In this document: in pieces, positions 22,261 to 35,812 of the stretch
Layout of the letters: every line of letters starts with the position of its first letter
Position numbering within the stretch: position 1 is the stretch's first letter
DNA from: Naegleria gruberi
Lineage: Eukaryota
Reading direction: 5' to 3' (one strand)
Length of the DNA: 64,000 nucleotides
NCBI GenBank assembly: GCA_000004985.1
Contig: GG738897.1
Made by a program: the position numbers and the translations under genes
Notes under the pieces: generated by a model
The model's database searches: none
Told to the model about the DNA's origin: nothing
The model's input: the letters and a program-made list of their open reading frames with translations, nothing else

Positions 22261-24120
22261 ATGTCATTCAAAACAACAACAGCTTCATCATCATCGTGTT
22301 CATCATCTGATGGTGGTGTGGTATCATCATTGATGAATATGAGTGTTTTTACTTTTGGACAATATGCCATCTATACCGTGATTGGTTATATGGTTATTAA
22401 ATTTATTTATAAATTAATATTTGGAAGAAGTTACATGTGGAAGCAAGTTAAACCATTCGATACTAAGAAACGTCTTTCAACACCACTTCAAGAATGGGTT
22501 GCTACAACAAGAAAGAATCCACAAGGAAGACAAATGATTCCTTGTACTAATCCAGGAACAGGTGAAGAATTATGTGATCCTGTACCAGCAATGAATACTC
22601 AAGATGTTGAAGAAAGAATTTCCTCTGCTAAGAAGGCTTTTGAAGGTTGGTCCAAGACATCATTTGAGGATAGAAAGAGAGTACTCTTGCATTTGTTGGA
22701 CAATATCTTGAAACACAAACATGAAATTGTTGCCAAGAGTTGTAAAGATACTGGTAAGACAATGTTTGAAGCTCATTTGGGTGAAGTTGTCATGACTTGT
22801 GAAAAGATTAGATGGTTAACTACTAGAGGTGAACAATTCCTTTCACCTGAAACTAGACATGTTCCATTAATGATGATTTACAAAGTTGCCACAGTTCAAT
22901 ATTTACCATTGGGTGTTATTGGTATGATTGTTCCATGGAATTATCCTTTCCAAAATGCTATCAATGCTATTATTGCTGCTCTATTTGCTGGTAACTCTGT
23001 TGTTATTAAGGTTAGTGAATGGGCTACTTGGTCAAGTGTTGAATTATATGAACATTTAGTTCAAGATGCTTTAATTAAGGCTGGTTTCTCTCCAGATACT
23101 GTTCAATTCATTGTTGGTTTTGGTGAAGCTGGTAATGCTCTTGCTAAATCAAAGAATACTAGTCACGTTTTCTTTATTGGTTCTCCTGAAATCGGAAAGA
23201 AGGTCATGATGGCTGCCACTGAAAATTTGACACCTGTTACATTGGAATTGGGAGGCAAGGATCCATTCATTGTTTGTGAAGATGCTAACGTTGATATTGC
23301 TGTTGATGTTGCTATTAGAGCTTCTCTTTACAATTGTGGCCAAAATTGTATTGCTGCTGAAAGATTGTACGTTCATGAAAAGATTCATGACAAGTTTGTT
23401 GCTAAGGCAGTTGAACTTATGAAATCACTCAGACAAAGACCAACCTGTACTAAGGATTGTGCTCTTGAACCAGAAGAAATTAACGATATTGGTGCCATGA
23501 CCATGTCAACATCTATTGAAAAGATTGAAAAAGTCATTCAAGATGCTGTTAAGGGAGGTGCTAAGCTCGTTCTTGGTGGTAAGAGAAATCCAAATTTGAA
23601 GGGTCAATTCTTGGAACCAACTCTCCTCACTGAAGTTAAGAATGATATGAATGTTGTTCAAGATGAAGTTTTTGGACCAGTTGTCACTATTGTCAAGTGG
23701 AAGGATGAAGAAGAAGTCATTGGAATGGCTAATAGTACTTGTTATGCTCTTGGTTCATATGTATTTGCTGGTGATCAAAAGCGTGCTGAAAGAATTGGTA
23801 ACCGTCTCGTTGCTGGTTTGACCATGGTTAATGACTATGGTTTGAGCTACTTGATTCAAGATTTGCCATTCGGTGGTGTTAAGGTTTCTGGTTTTGGTAG
23901 ATTCAATGGTCCAGAAGGTCTCCGTGCTTTCACTATCCAAAAGAGTTTCGTTACTAACAGATTCCCAATTGATATGCCTCCACCAAAACTTATTAGATAC
24001 CCAACTGAAGGTTATGCTCATATGGTTGTTGCTCACTTGGTTGACTTCTTATATGGTCCATGGACTGGTACTGTTGGTTCTCTCTTCCGTTTAGTTGGAG
24101 CTTTAATGGGAAAGAAATAA
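22261..24120 (+). CDS. Aldehyde dehydrogenase (membrane-anchored, ALDH22/Msc7-like)
   Basis: 619 aa with an N-terminal TM helix. Motifs 'ELGGKDPFIV' and the catalytic Cys in 'NCGQNCIAAERLYVHE'. 'GSPEIGKKV' is the NAD-binding site. Confidence 0.9.
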   Translation: MSFKTTTASSSSCSSSDGGVVSSLMNMSVFTFGQYAIYTVIGYMVIKFIYKLIFGRSYMWKQVKPFDTKKRLSTPLQEWVATTRKNPQGRQMIPCTNPGTGEELCDPVPAMNTQDVEERISSAKKAFEGWSKTSFEDRKRVLLHLLDNILKHKHEIVAKSCKDTGKTMFEAHLGEVVMTCEKIRWLTTRGEQFLSPETRHVPLMMIYKVATVQYLPLGVIGMIVPWNYPFQNAINAIIAALFAGNSVVIKVSEWATWSSVELYEHLVQDALIKAGFSPDTVQFIVGFGEAGNALAKSKNTSHVFFIGSPEIGKKVMMAATENLTPVTLELGGKDPFIVCEDANVDIAVDVAIRASLYNCGQNCIAAERLYVHEKIHDKFVAKAVELMKSLRQRPTCTKDCALEPEEINDIGAMTMSTSIEKIEKVIQDAVKGGAKLVLGGKRNPNLKGQFLEPTLLTEVKNDMNVVQDEVFGPVVTIVKWKDEEEVIGMANSTCYALGSYVFAGDQKRAERIGNRLVAGLTMVNDYGLSYLIQDLPFGGVKVSGFGRFNGPEGLRAFTIQKSFVTNRFPIDMPPPKLIRYPTEGYAHMVVAHLVDFLYGPWTGTVGSLFRLVGALMGKK

Positions 24121-24186
24121 ACTTGTTAATTTATTTGTATTTTAATTTGAATCTAAAGTTTTATTATGATTCAAAGAAAGATGTCA

Positions 24187-27100
24187 TTATTTTGAATTAG
24201 ATGTTGGTTGAGTTGGCAATACAATTTGAACTCCATGATCTTTCAAATATTTCAGACAGTGCTCAGCTATTGTTTGAGTTGCCTTAGAATCAACCTGATT
24301 GCAATAATCGAAAATTAATTTGACATCATCCAAGTTATCACATTTCACAGCAATCAAATAAGCTGCTTTGAATCTATTACACAACAAACAAGCTCTAACC
24401 TTCTTGGAATCGTTTCTCAATTTTGCAATAAATTTTTCTGCATTCTTTTCATCATTCATTTCCTTAATATAAAGTTTGATAATATTATTAATGATTGCAT
24501 CCCAATCTTCATCACTAATTGGAGTTCCTCTAATTTGTTTCAATAAATTTTCTATAATTGCTATTTGCTTCTTTCTCACAAGACTACACAGAGTACGAAT
24601 ATATAGCTTGACCATTGGTAAATGGAACTCAGATGCAATTCTAAATGATAAATCAAATGACTGCAACATTAAAAATTCAGTTATTTCACATTTTCCTTTA
24701 ACTGCATCAAATAGAGTAATCTTAGTGTTAGGAGTTGATGGACTCATGACATTTCCAAACTTTTTTGTGACTTCTGTTTGTAAATTGATAGTTTTGACAT
24801 ATCTTGAAATTTCATCAGGTTTTAACACTTGCTTTTGAACATCATTTTCTGTAGAACTATTTTGAAGCCCAGTCATGAAATGTTTCTTTGCACCTTCCAA
24901 GTGGGAGAGTTGTTGATTTTGATCATCAGTCTTTAAGAATAATCTAATCTTGGTCAAACCAGCTCTGATGTTATCATCCATAAAAACTTGGAAATCATAG
25001 AGCAAGTTGAGTGCTTGTTTTTGATTCAAATATTTACAAGTGGCAGTGAGATATGGATAACACTTTGTAAAGGTAGTGTCATATTGTTTGATTACATTTT
25101 GTAAGAATTTCATCAATCCATATTTAACACAATATGTTACAATTACATCCACAAAAAGAGATTGAGACATTTGTTTCTTGAAAAGATAAAGAATAGCAGC
25201 ATCTAATTTTCCATTTCTAACCAGGAATGAAATGTAAATATCACTCGAACCAAAGTGTTTGATATAGTACTGGGCCTCTCTCATTCTTTCTTCATCGAGA
25301 TGAGTGTGAAGTTGTGACTTTTCAACTTGTTCAATACTTATAGAGGCTCTTTTCTTTGATGGACTGTTACCAGGTGAGTCCAATACAGATTCTTTCAACT
25401 TGTCTCCCATTTTCTGATCAACTGCAACTACAGATGGAGCTCCTTCGAGAATAGCCAATATTCTATTAAGAAGTTGTTGTTTTTGCTGAGGAGTGAGAGT
25501 AAGGCAATATTTGAGTTTGTCTCGGGCTTGTTTGTACTTTCCTAAAGTTAAAAGGGTAATACCCCATTGAGTCCAAATAGGATCAGATTCGATTTGACAT
25601 CTGGTAGCAACATTCAATGCTAAATTCAAATGGTCAAGTTGAATTAGACTGTCACGAATTTGTCTGGCTCTATTTTGTTGACTTAAATCACTTAGAGAAA
25701 TACTTCCAATGGCACAATTATGATAAATAATTTGCTTTAAAATTTCCACATGAGAAAGGATAGTATCACATAAACCTAATCTTTCATGAGATTCCGTATC
25801 CTTACTGAAACAAATTTTAGCATATCTGACAATTTGACCAACCAGACTGATTCTGTTCGTTCTTGAAATATGTTGGGTTTTGCTGATTTCATCACAGAGC
25901 GTCAAGATGGAATCTCCAACCTTTCTATTATTCTTGCAAATATCCAAGATTGACTTGGCTAGCAGAATACTAGGAGCTTGAGGGAAGGAAAAATTGATTC
26001 TAATATTGTTGTTGTGCTCCTCATTATTGAGAGTGAAAACACGAGAAGAGGATTTCTTCTTTGTGGTATCTGTTTGTTCAAAATTCTTTAAGGACAATGC
26101 TTTCATACCATATTCAATCAGCAAGTCGTCGTTTTGAAGTTCTGGTAATTCGTTGAGTATTCTTGAAACTTTCAACATTTCATTATTGATAATTAAATTT
26201 TCAATTATCAGTGATGGTTTCAAAAGTAGGTGATTATACTTTTTCTTATTTTCCTCATCTAAAAGTTTTAAAACTCTCATACCCATCAAGCTAGCAGTAT
26301 ATTGTTCCAATTGATCCTTTTTGAGATGTTCCTTGTATACTGAGAGAATAAATTCACAAACAAATAGCTTATTCTCATAAATTTCCAACTTTTCCAAAAC
26401 ATGTTTGCAAACAGAAAGAGCATTTTCAGGACTGAGTCTGGATAAAGCTTGTGTCACTTTGCTTATAATCTTGTCTGTAATTGCTTTTTCTCCCAAAATA
26501 TAAAGACAATATTCTTGTTCTATGTGTATCATGACAGAATCATAGCCCTCACCAATATTCATTGGGGTGGAGGTAGAAAGAAGATTCTTGGCAGCTCTTC
26601 TAGCAAGATCAAACTCACACACTGTAATCAAATCAGAAATAAATCTGTATGGATTATGATCGCAAATTTCTTTCATCTCAGTCCATGAATCATAGTTATC
26701 TCTTAGCTCACTGCTGAGGACCTCCTTGAAAATGTGTAACCTTTCCAAAACCTTACTGGCTCTTTCGTAGATTTTTTGTTTTGTTTTATCACTTCTAAAA
26801 GTACTGCAACATGATCTGATAAGTTCAATGCAAACTTCAATATCCCATTCATCCATATAAATTTCAATTAAAGAAAATGCAAGCTCCTTATCCTTGATAT
26901 TATAAATGTACTTGTGACATTCAGAGTGGTCAGGCATATTTTCAATATAAAGTTTTAACAGAAAATCAGGTGTAAAGTGAGTAAGACCTTTCTCAGCCAT
27001 TTCCAATGCAAGATTGTAATCGTCAGCATCTATCAAGTTTTGAATGATAGCAAGATACAGTGAGTCTGCTTGATCTGACTCAAAACTTGAAATGGTATAC

Positions 27101-30100
27101 TTTTTGAGGTTTCTTGAGAGGTCAAGTCGTTTAGATAATTGAATGGCATCTTTTACAGGTTCTAGCTTAATAGCCATCCATCTATTCATCACTTCACTAT
27201 TCTGGCATTGACTTTCTATAAACTCTAGGAACTGTGGATTCATCTTGGAGTAATCAGCAAAGTATAAAGAGGACAAAGCTCCCACTAACGAAGATTTTTG
27301 AGATATTATCTTTGCTAAATCTAGTGAAATACTCAAATCATTCGATTTTGATATTTTAGATTGTGAAGCTGACTCTAAGATAAATGATAAAATGTGAATA
27401 CCATTGAGATCAGCTAACTTTGACGCCTTTTCATCTAGAAAAAATTAATAATCATTGGTAAAATAGTCAAATTACGTACAATTTCCTTCTTCAAAGAGAG
27501 TTTCTGATAAAATTTGGGCTAATCCTCTCTTAAATAATGTAAATACTGATGTATTACTCTTCTCATTCAAAATTTCCTTGTTTTTCAAAAGGTTTGATAA
27601 GAGTTGTGAAATATAATCATATCTTTCGTTTCCATGTCTTAACTCTTCTATCAGTTCTGAAATATCCTTACTTTCGAATCCTCTGTTATCATAAATACAT
27701 AAATCTTTTAGAGAGGTTGATTTTGTTTTTTCTACCTCTATGTACTTTCTCAAAATTTCGATATTATCCTCACGATTGTAATTGAATAGTTTGGAATATA
27801 CTCTGAATATTGGTCCTTGATATGGTGAATCCAAATACATTGCAAACAAATCAAGTAGAGGAATACCAGGTTTGAGCTCTTTGATTTTTTCTATGAGTAC
27901 GCCATGTAGTTCCTTGTTTTCAGTCTTTAAAGAAAAGAGCACATCAAAAAGTGTTATAAAATTAGGGAATTTTTGAATAATCTCACCAACACTCTTATCC
28001 TTATGTTCATTATGAATGGTATACATTATTTCAGCATCTATTACTTGATTCTTGAATGATTCACCAAGATTAAATCTTGTAATGACTTCCTTTGCCTGAG
28101 AGAAAAGATTTCTCTTAATGCAAATAACAAAAAGTGTGTTAGGGGAAGCGGTCCACATTTGCACAAATTGGTGTTGCTTGTAGGAACTATTGAGAGAATT
28201 TCTATCAAACTCGGAAATCATTCTTGTCAAACTAAATCTCCACAATGCTTCATCGAGTATTTTGACGAATCTTTCGATTCTAAAAACCATTCTCTCATCT
28301 TTACTCGACTGTTGTAATAGTTCTGTGGCTGTCTTTAAGAAAACCAGCATATCATGTAAATTATTTGGTGAAATGACAAATACAGAATTATTGTCTGTAT
28401 GACCCTTGATATGTGATGATTTTGTTAAAATAATTTGGAAAATATTCTCCAAAGTACTGAGCCTGTAGGATTCACTTGATATATTTACAATGCTGTCTTC
28501 AATGCTCTTCAAGGAGTCTAGAATGGATGTTGATTTGTTTCTTACTATTTGTATTGCTTCGTGAATAGCAAAATAAGCTCTCAACAAAGTCAAATCGATA
28601 TTTCTCTCATTTTCTGTCGTTTCACGCAGCTGAGGTCTTTTCTTTAAAAGAGAAACCAAATCATTTTCTTTCAAATTACCCAGCCATGGCAGAAGTAAAT
28701 TAAGAGTGCTTTGACTTGGAGCCAAATCTATTAATAAATTGGCAATTTCTTTCTTGTTTGTAAACTTAAAGTCATTTTCAGCCAATTTCTTCATCTTGAC
28801 CGACTTGATAAGATCTCTACTATGTTTCTTTTCAATAGTATTCATAGATCTATTGGCCTCTAAAAGAAGTTCAGATGCATCCAAAGAAAAGTCCAAAAAG
28901 AATGCAAGTTCATTACATGTAAACTCTACCCATGGATCAGAAATTGGGGTTCTTTTTTGTTTTCCTTGAATCCAAATATTTTGGATGATATTATGTCGTT
29001 CAGTAATGTCAGACTTGTAATTATCCCAGCTTAATAAAATTATAAGAGGCCTCATGTTTGAAAAGTTTTCTTGATCCAAAAGAATATTCAGTGAGGCATA
29101 GTCTTTCTTAGCAACGAGATCCAGTGCTAAATTGAGCCCAGATTCTAAAATATGATTATTAGTAACTCGAATATATTCCATATAGTGAAACCAAAAACTT
29201 TGAGATGAAGGAGAAGCTTGTATAATATCAATTAATTTTTGTTTTGATAACAACTCCTCATCCAAAGATGTGAAAATTCTAGTTAATTTGAATTGTTCAT
29301 CACTATATTCCTTGTCTGAAATATCAGCAATAAATAATGACTCGTAAATGATATCAATTAATTGATTATTTGGTCTAGACTTTAGAGCTATAGCCTTATT
29401 TTCAATTAATTGTTTAAAAATGTTTTTCAATAAATAAATCGACTCTGAATCCATAGTAATTTGTTTAGATATGAAACGAAGCATATAGGAAGCTTTTTCA
29501 TAATCTCTATCATTACACAAATTTTCTAACTTTTCTATTAAAATACTTTTTCCATTAATAAACTCAAATGCATTCCTCTCTAAATAGAAAGCTAGAAATG
29601 GACATTTTTCATACATTTCTCCAATTAAATCCATGATAGAACTATCCATATTTTGTGAAAATGTTAACCCAGTTGATGATAATGTTGTTATTACAGTCTC
29701 TGTTGTTGACTTCTTTTTTGATAATAACCTAAATGAATAAATATATTTCATATGCCTGACAAGCTCTTTAGAAAATTTATCCGATAATTTAAAAGTATTT
29801 ACACAACAATCCAATAATGTTTCAAAAGATATTACATCAATATTATAACCTTTTAGGCTTGAATTATTGGTCAGTTGTTGTAACTCGGTATATACACAAT
29901 AACAAAACCACTTAAATCTACTAGTGACGTGAGGATTTTTGGGATCCTTCAATTCTTCAATACAGTGATTAAGAATAAACAATGTATCCGACTCTGATAC
30001 AGTTTTAAAGTAATCAATAAAAAGTGCTCTTGCCAATTCATATTCATGAGTAGCAAGAAAGTTTAGTAAACATGTTCTCATCTTGACATTTTCTTTATCA

Positions 30101-30231
30101 GAGAGGAAGGGATACAAATGATGATGTTGTTGCTCTTCCGATGATGTGATGATCGGTTGCTGATGTATCACGGAAAGATTTTTAATTTCACTCATTTTTT
30201 TGTTGTGTGATTTTTTGTCTTGAAAATCCAT
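24187..30231 (-). CDS. Very large (about 2000 aa) alpha-helical-repeat protein of unknown function. Exons complement 27480..30231, 24187..27434
   Basis: ORFs 27472..30237 and 24187..27336 are joined in frame by a 45-bp intron 27435..27479 (GTACGT...TTTCTAG). The real ATG is at 30231; the track start was GTG. There is no recognisable catalytic motif; the sequence is predicted all-helical. Confidence 0.55.
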
Positions 30232-30326
30232 CAACACAGAGAGAAAATCTAATAGCAGTAGATGCTTGAATGTGTTATGAAGGTGTTGGAGTAATTGCTT
30301 TTGTTGAGTAATTCAATGCTCATGGT

Positions 30327-33291
30327 TTATTGATTTGAAGAATTCTGGAGCTTTTGACTATTTTGTCTGGAGAGAACGGCAGGTCTGAAATTTGAGTTGA
30401 CCACTTGATGAACCTCCTTGGTGTGGAATTTTTGTTGTTTTTCTAGAGCTTTTGCCGATATTATTAGCTGTTGTTTAGGTGCAAGTAAATTATTCGTGAG
30501 GTCCACAGCATCTATTGGATGACTTTCCTTGATGAGTGAGGAAAGAGTGTGAAGATATCTTTTCTTTACAATGGATTCCTTTTCTTGGAAGAACATTGGA
30601 TTGTAAATGGTGTTCATGAGCTTTTCTTCACTTTCTCTGACTTTAAGTTGAAAGTTTTTAAAATTCAAATAGTCAAGATTTTGTCTCATATTCACCAACT
30701 CCAATCTGTCAACGTGATCAGTATTAGTTGGAGCTCCTCTTGAAGAAAAAGGGGCCATTCTAGAAGCTCTTCTTTGTGGGCTCTTTGTTGGTAGCTCTCC
30801 TGTATTCTTAATCTTTTCCTCTAGATCCTTTGCATATGTCTCAAAGCTCAAAATATCGTTTTGCATCTTTTCAATAGCTTCTAAGTAAACATTCTCTTCA
30901 CTCATGGCAAGTTCATATTTTTCTCTAAATCCTTCCAAGTCTCTCAACTTTTGAGTAAGTTTCTTGAATTCCTCATCCTTGTCATTTGACTCGGCTAAAC
31001 TCTTTTCCAATTCATCTTTTTGCTCAAGAGTTTTTCTAAGTTTAAGTTCAATTTCTTCAAGGGTTCTTTTCAAAGACTGGTTTTCTTTTTCCACCTTCTC
31101 CATTGAAGGTCTCATGTTCTCGTAAATGGATAAGTCTTTCTTCACAGAGATTAATCTTTCCTCAAATGTGTCCTTTAGAGATTCTCTATTTTTTGGATTC
31201 ATGATCATCTCCTCACAAAAAGAGTTCAACTCCTCGCATAGACCTCCAATAAATTGATTAGGTATGTAGAACGTATCTGAATCATCTCCTATGGAAACTA
31301 ATCTTAGTACTTCCTCGTGAGGCATTCCCAAAGCAGCCACAAATAAATTAGAAGATTGTCTAAATGAAATATCAGCAAACATATGAGACGGTATATAATT
31401 AAATTCAGTTGCCTTTTCACTCATTATGCTTTGAACTCTAATCAATTGGCTTTCATGCAAATCCATGTAGTAAGTATAAACATATCCCATCTTGGTGTTC
31501 TTTGATAAAAGGGCTTCGTAATAAATTAAAGAAATAAAGAATAATTGTTCGCATAAATTATGAAACTTTTCGTTGCATACTATTTGAGGGGTTTCGGTTA
31601 ATAACTTTTGAATTATTCTACAATTTTGGTTCAAGCTTTCAAATTCTGCTTGTGAGGCAATCAAGTTTGAAGAAATCTGCTTTACAACTGGAAGTACTCT
31701 TTCTTTTTCTGGTAAAATCTTCTCAATCAAAACCTGAATTGAGGTAAACAACTCAAGTATTGTTGAAATCATCATTATCATTCCTTCTAAAATACAAGAA
31801 TATCCACTAATAATGTGAGAAATACCAACACAAATAATCAAACACATACCTATTCTGCCTGCTGATCGAATCTATCTCCTGTACAAGGTTTGTCAAAATA
31901 AACGAAATTGTCACAGTATTTTCATTGGAAAAATCTTCTGTTAAATCATCTCTTTTGAGAACCTCTAAAAATCTATCCGCTACGTTATCTAGTTCCATCA
32001 CATCTTTAACCACATTTTCCATTTCCTTGAAATTAGTAATGTAGGAATATCTTTTTCTAAAAGATTCGAGTATGAAAATAGATATCGATAGGAAGAAGCT
32101 TAACTTGTTTTGGAAATCTCTTATTTTAAAATCTCTTATTTCAGAAGAACTTTCTGCAATTCCATTGGGCTTGTCATTAATGTATCTAATCACCTTTTTA
32201 AACTTTTTAGATGATGTTCCAAGAATATGGTAATGCTTTATACATTGAACAAAATCTTCAAAAACTTGAGGTGGAAGAATTGTCTACGTGTGTTATTAAA
32301 ATATATTTAAACTACAAACCTGTAACGATTCAATGTGTGATGATAACTCCTCTATTTCAATATTCATTTTATCCTTCTCAATGGACCATCCTCTTTTGTT
32401 TTTCACCTTCTCCACTAAACTTGTGTAATTTAACAGCAAGTCGTTAGATTTAATTTGGAGACTATTGGATTTACTTTCCTTATCCTTTGATTCCTTCCTT
32501 ATGGAATCCAATTCCAAAGCAAGTTGAAATACTTTTGATTTAAACATTTCTATAGTCCTTTCTTTTTGGTCTACAAGAATTTGAACTTCCTCCAAGTATT
32601 TTTCAAAATCATAAAAATCATTTTCTCTATCTTCAAGCTCCTCTTTCAAAATGGCTATCTCTTCTTTGGCAATTATTTCCATTTCCAAAGATAATTCCTT
32701 GAACAACTCTAAATCCTTAACTTTTGATTCCAAATCATTGATAATTTTTGAGAGATCCTTGTTCTTTTCGATCATTTCATGAAGAATTTGATTCGTTGTT
32801 TCATCATTTTGAGTTTTTACAGTAGAGCTATAATTCTGTATTAAATCACCTGTATATCCAGCATTTGCCAAATCATTCACTATACCATCTAATTGCTCTC
32901 TATATGAATTAACATGCTCCTCTGCCATCTCCTTATCCAACTTCAACTCTTCCAATTGTAATTCGTAATTTACAAGTTTATCTTCAAAATTTTGTTTTAA
33001 ATTTTCCATTTCTGCCTCCAATTGTATCTTTTGATTGATAGCTATTTGAAGTTGCTTCCTATATTCAATAAGCCTTTGTTCAATTTGACTTTCTTCTGGA
33101 TGTTTTCGTTCTCTTTCAATTCTTTTCTGAGCCAATTGCTCCAGTTTTTTCTCCTTATTTTGTTGTTTTTCTAGCATTTCATTTAGATTGATTGAAAGCC
33201 TAGAAGAGATAGAAGAGAATGAATCTGACAAGTCAACACTACTATTTACACTATTATTTCCACCTATTGTTTTTGAATAATACAAATTCAT
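30327..33291 (-). CDS. Coiled-coil protein of about 960 aa. Exons complement 32320..33291, 31850..32283, 30327..31806
   Basis: Three ORFs are joined by a 36-bp intron (32284..32319, GTTTGT..ACGTAG) and a 43-bp intron (31807..31849, GTATGT..ATTAG). Long heptad-rich E/K/L segments lie at both ends. The centre is globular. Confidence 0.5.
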
Positions 33292-33902
33292 TACTAATAA
33301 ACCTACTCCTCATGCTCATCGTCAAAGCGTCCAAATTGTGTCTAATTTTCTCCCTCTTACTCCTTAATTCCTAAACATTTATAGGTATCGAAATTATATC
33401 ATCTTGAATACAACAATAAAAACCTACACTCAAACTTGGTGATCTCGATTCAGATTGTATTGGCCTTCCGAACTCACCACTATCCCCAACATTCACCTCA
33501 TCGTCATCCTCACCAATGAGACTCTTCCCATTTCTTACTGGGATGTTCCTCGTCTCTGAGGGTGAATCTCGTCCCATCATTTTTTTTGATTTTTTATGAT
33601 GGTAAAACCGTTACGCTTAGAAATAACTGGAAACACATTACCATCAACAAGCAGATATCTTGAAGGTTCCTTAAAATAGAATTGAGTATTGTTTGTTGTG
33701 AAATAAGGATATCTTATTGAGGTCTGAATAATATTGTTAATAATAAATATGATAAATAATTTAGGAAATAATTTAATGTAATGTTCTTCTCTCTCGAAAA
33801 TGTTTCAAAATGTAATTGGAATATGTGCTGATGATACATGATTTTAAAACTCAAAGTTCTATACTTTACATCTGTTAACTCGATAATCAGCCATATCTTA
33901 GC

Positions 33903-34704
33903 TCAATAAACGTAGGTTGAGTTATTGAGGACGAATCTAATATTTCTAGGACCATTGTATCCAACAAGATAATTACTGCCATCTTGAGGAGTGACAACTT
34001 GCATGGCAATAAGTACAACATCATAAATCCACTAATCCAAGTTTAAAATTTCAATTCAATAATACATACCAATAATCCAATTCCTCCAAATGTAAACATC
34101 TTGAATAATCCATAACCAACATAACCCAAATAAAATCTATCAAATCCACAGAATCCAAAGAAAATGCTCAATCCAAGAGCTGTTGAAAATGCATATCCAG
34201 TACTATAATAATATTCCAGTAAATTATTCCAGAACTAAATACCTACGTGTAAAAACATGAAATTTCTTTGTAAAATGTCTTGTCACCTGTACAATTTACA
34301 CCTTCTCTTGCATAACATTTGACTGGAACAGTATTATTGGATCTACACCCTTCAAATTCATATGTAGTGGAAGAAATAGGAGGAATGTCACAACTAAATT
34401 GAGTACCAAATAAATTATTACAAGAAGGTAAATCGTCATCATAATGAATATTGTCACTATTGGTGTCAATGACACGGAATGAATTCATATTTGAATTTGG
34501 AGAATACTTGTTGTCTTGTAAATAAACATTTGCTATTGTTGTTGACTGATCTGATGTACTTCTGACAAATGCTGCATGAATAAATTCAATAATGAATAAA
34601 TTGACAAAATACAACAGTATCACTACAGATATCAAATAATAATTTAATTTTTGTTTTGTGGATGATGATGGATGATAGTTTCTCGTGCCAGATGATGAAA
34701 ACAT
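33903..34704 (-). CDS. TM2-domain-containing protein. Exons complement 34247..34704, 34070..34202, 33903..34031
   Basis: Signal/TM N-terminus and a Cys-rich ectodomain. After a 44-bp intron (GTAGGT..TATAG) comes 'GYAFSTALGLSIFFGFCGFDRFYLGYVGYGLFKMFTFGGIGLL', the TM2 signature including DRFYLG. A 38-bp intron precedes the last exon. Confidence 0.8.
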
Positions 34705-34792
34705 TTTTTTATTACAAAAACCCAGTTATTGGTTCGGTGTCGAGAGAAGTTAAAATAGAGAAATTATTGGAGAGTTTAAAACGGAGGGAAAT

Positions 34793-35437
34793 TTAGTGGA
34801 GACCAATTTCAGTCTTAGCAGAACGGACAGCAGCCAAAACTTCTTCATTGGTAACGGTTTGCTTACCACTGAATTCCTTGAACAACTTGCTGGTGTTGTT
34901 GTGCTTAGCCTTGGCCAAAACTTCAGAAACAACCAAATAGAAAGACTTTGGTGTTTCAACGCCCAAGTGAATCATTTCTTCCAAATAGTTAACAGCTCTC
35001 AATGGGTTAGCATCGAAGAGAGTAGATCCAATCAACATGGAGAAAGTTTCAACATCAGGAACAATGTTTTCAGCTCTCATTTCGTCGAACATGTATTTAG
35101 CCTTGTCAGATTGAGCATTTTCAACACACTTCCAAATAATTTCATTGTAGTGATCAACAGTAATTGGCATACCCATATATTTGAGAGAAGCGAACTTTTG
35201 GATAGCAATTTCAGCAGCTTGAGTTCTTACTATTTAAATTTTCATCGTCATCATATTAAAATAATATTATTTTACGATTATTATTTTAATTTTATCATAT
35301 TGTTCTATAAATTCCTCTATTCATCATAAAAACATACCTGTTGGGTTAGCTTCGAATCGGATACTTCTAACTTGGAGTGATGAAGCAGCGAAACACTTGT
35401 TGTTCTTTGAAGCAAATCTGGAGAGTCTGGCGAGCAT
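34793..35437 (-). CDS. Small mitochondrion-targeted helical protein, possibly cytochrome c oxidase subunit 5A/Cox6-like. Exons complement 35338..35437, 34793..35229
   Basis: Presequence-like 'MLARLSRFASKNN'. A 108-bp intron (35230..35337, GTATGT..AAATAG). Strongly biased high-expression codons. Helical-hairpin segments 'AENIVPDVETFSMLI' and 'ANPLRAVNYLEEM' loosely resemble COX5A. Confidence 0.35.
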
Positions 35438-35812
35438 TTTTTTGCGATATTTTTAATGAGTTTTACAAAATTATTCGGGCAGGCTTTTCAGCAGGAAAAA
35501 ACAACTTCAAGCTCTTGAGCATTGAATAATATTTCCATGAGACCACCCTGTCAAATAACATTATCCATGATAAAACTATGAAGCTTATGCCCATTAATCA
35601 TATCATCACAACAATATGTACATTATCTGTGTTGCTGCTCAAGTGAGCAAAATTAGATTGACAGTACAAGTAAAGGATTTTTACTCGTTTAGTTTCCATT
35701 CAATTTGTATCGAGTACTTTTTAAAACCCTTTGATGACTGTATGGCTTGGGAAGGAACGGAAACAAATTAAAAAAATTTGGCTTAACACCTACAACAATA
35801 ACCATCATCAAA

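Noticed and set aside
33371-33580. 69-aa ORF just upstream of the coiled-coil gene start
   Set aside because: I could not find an in-frame GT...AG junction linking it to the 33291 start codon. It may be a 5' UTR exon or noise.
35747-35812. N-terminal 22-aa in-frame extension of PGK in the ORF track
   Set aside because: PGK homology begins exactly at the Met at 35813 ('[26 protein letters not shown]'). The upstream stretch has no PGK counterpart and is most likely 5' UTR.
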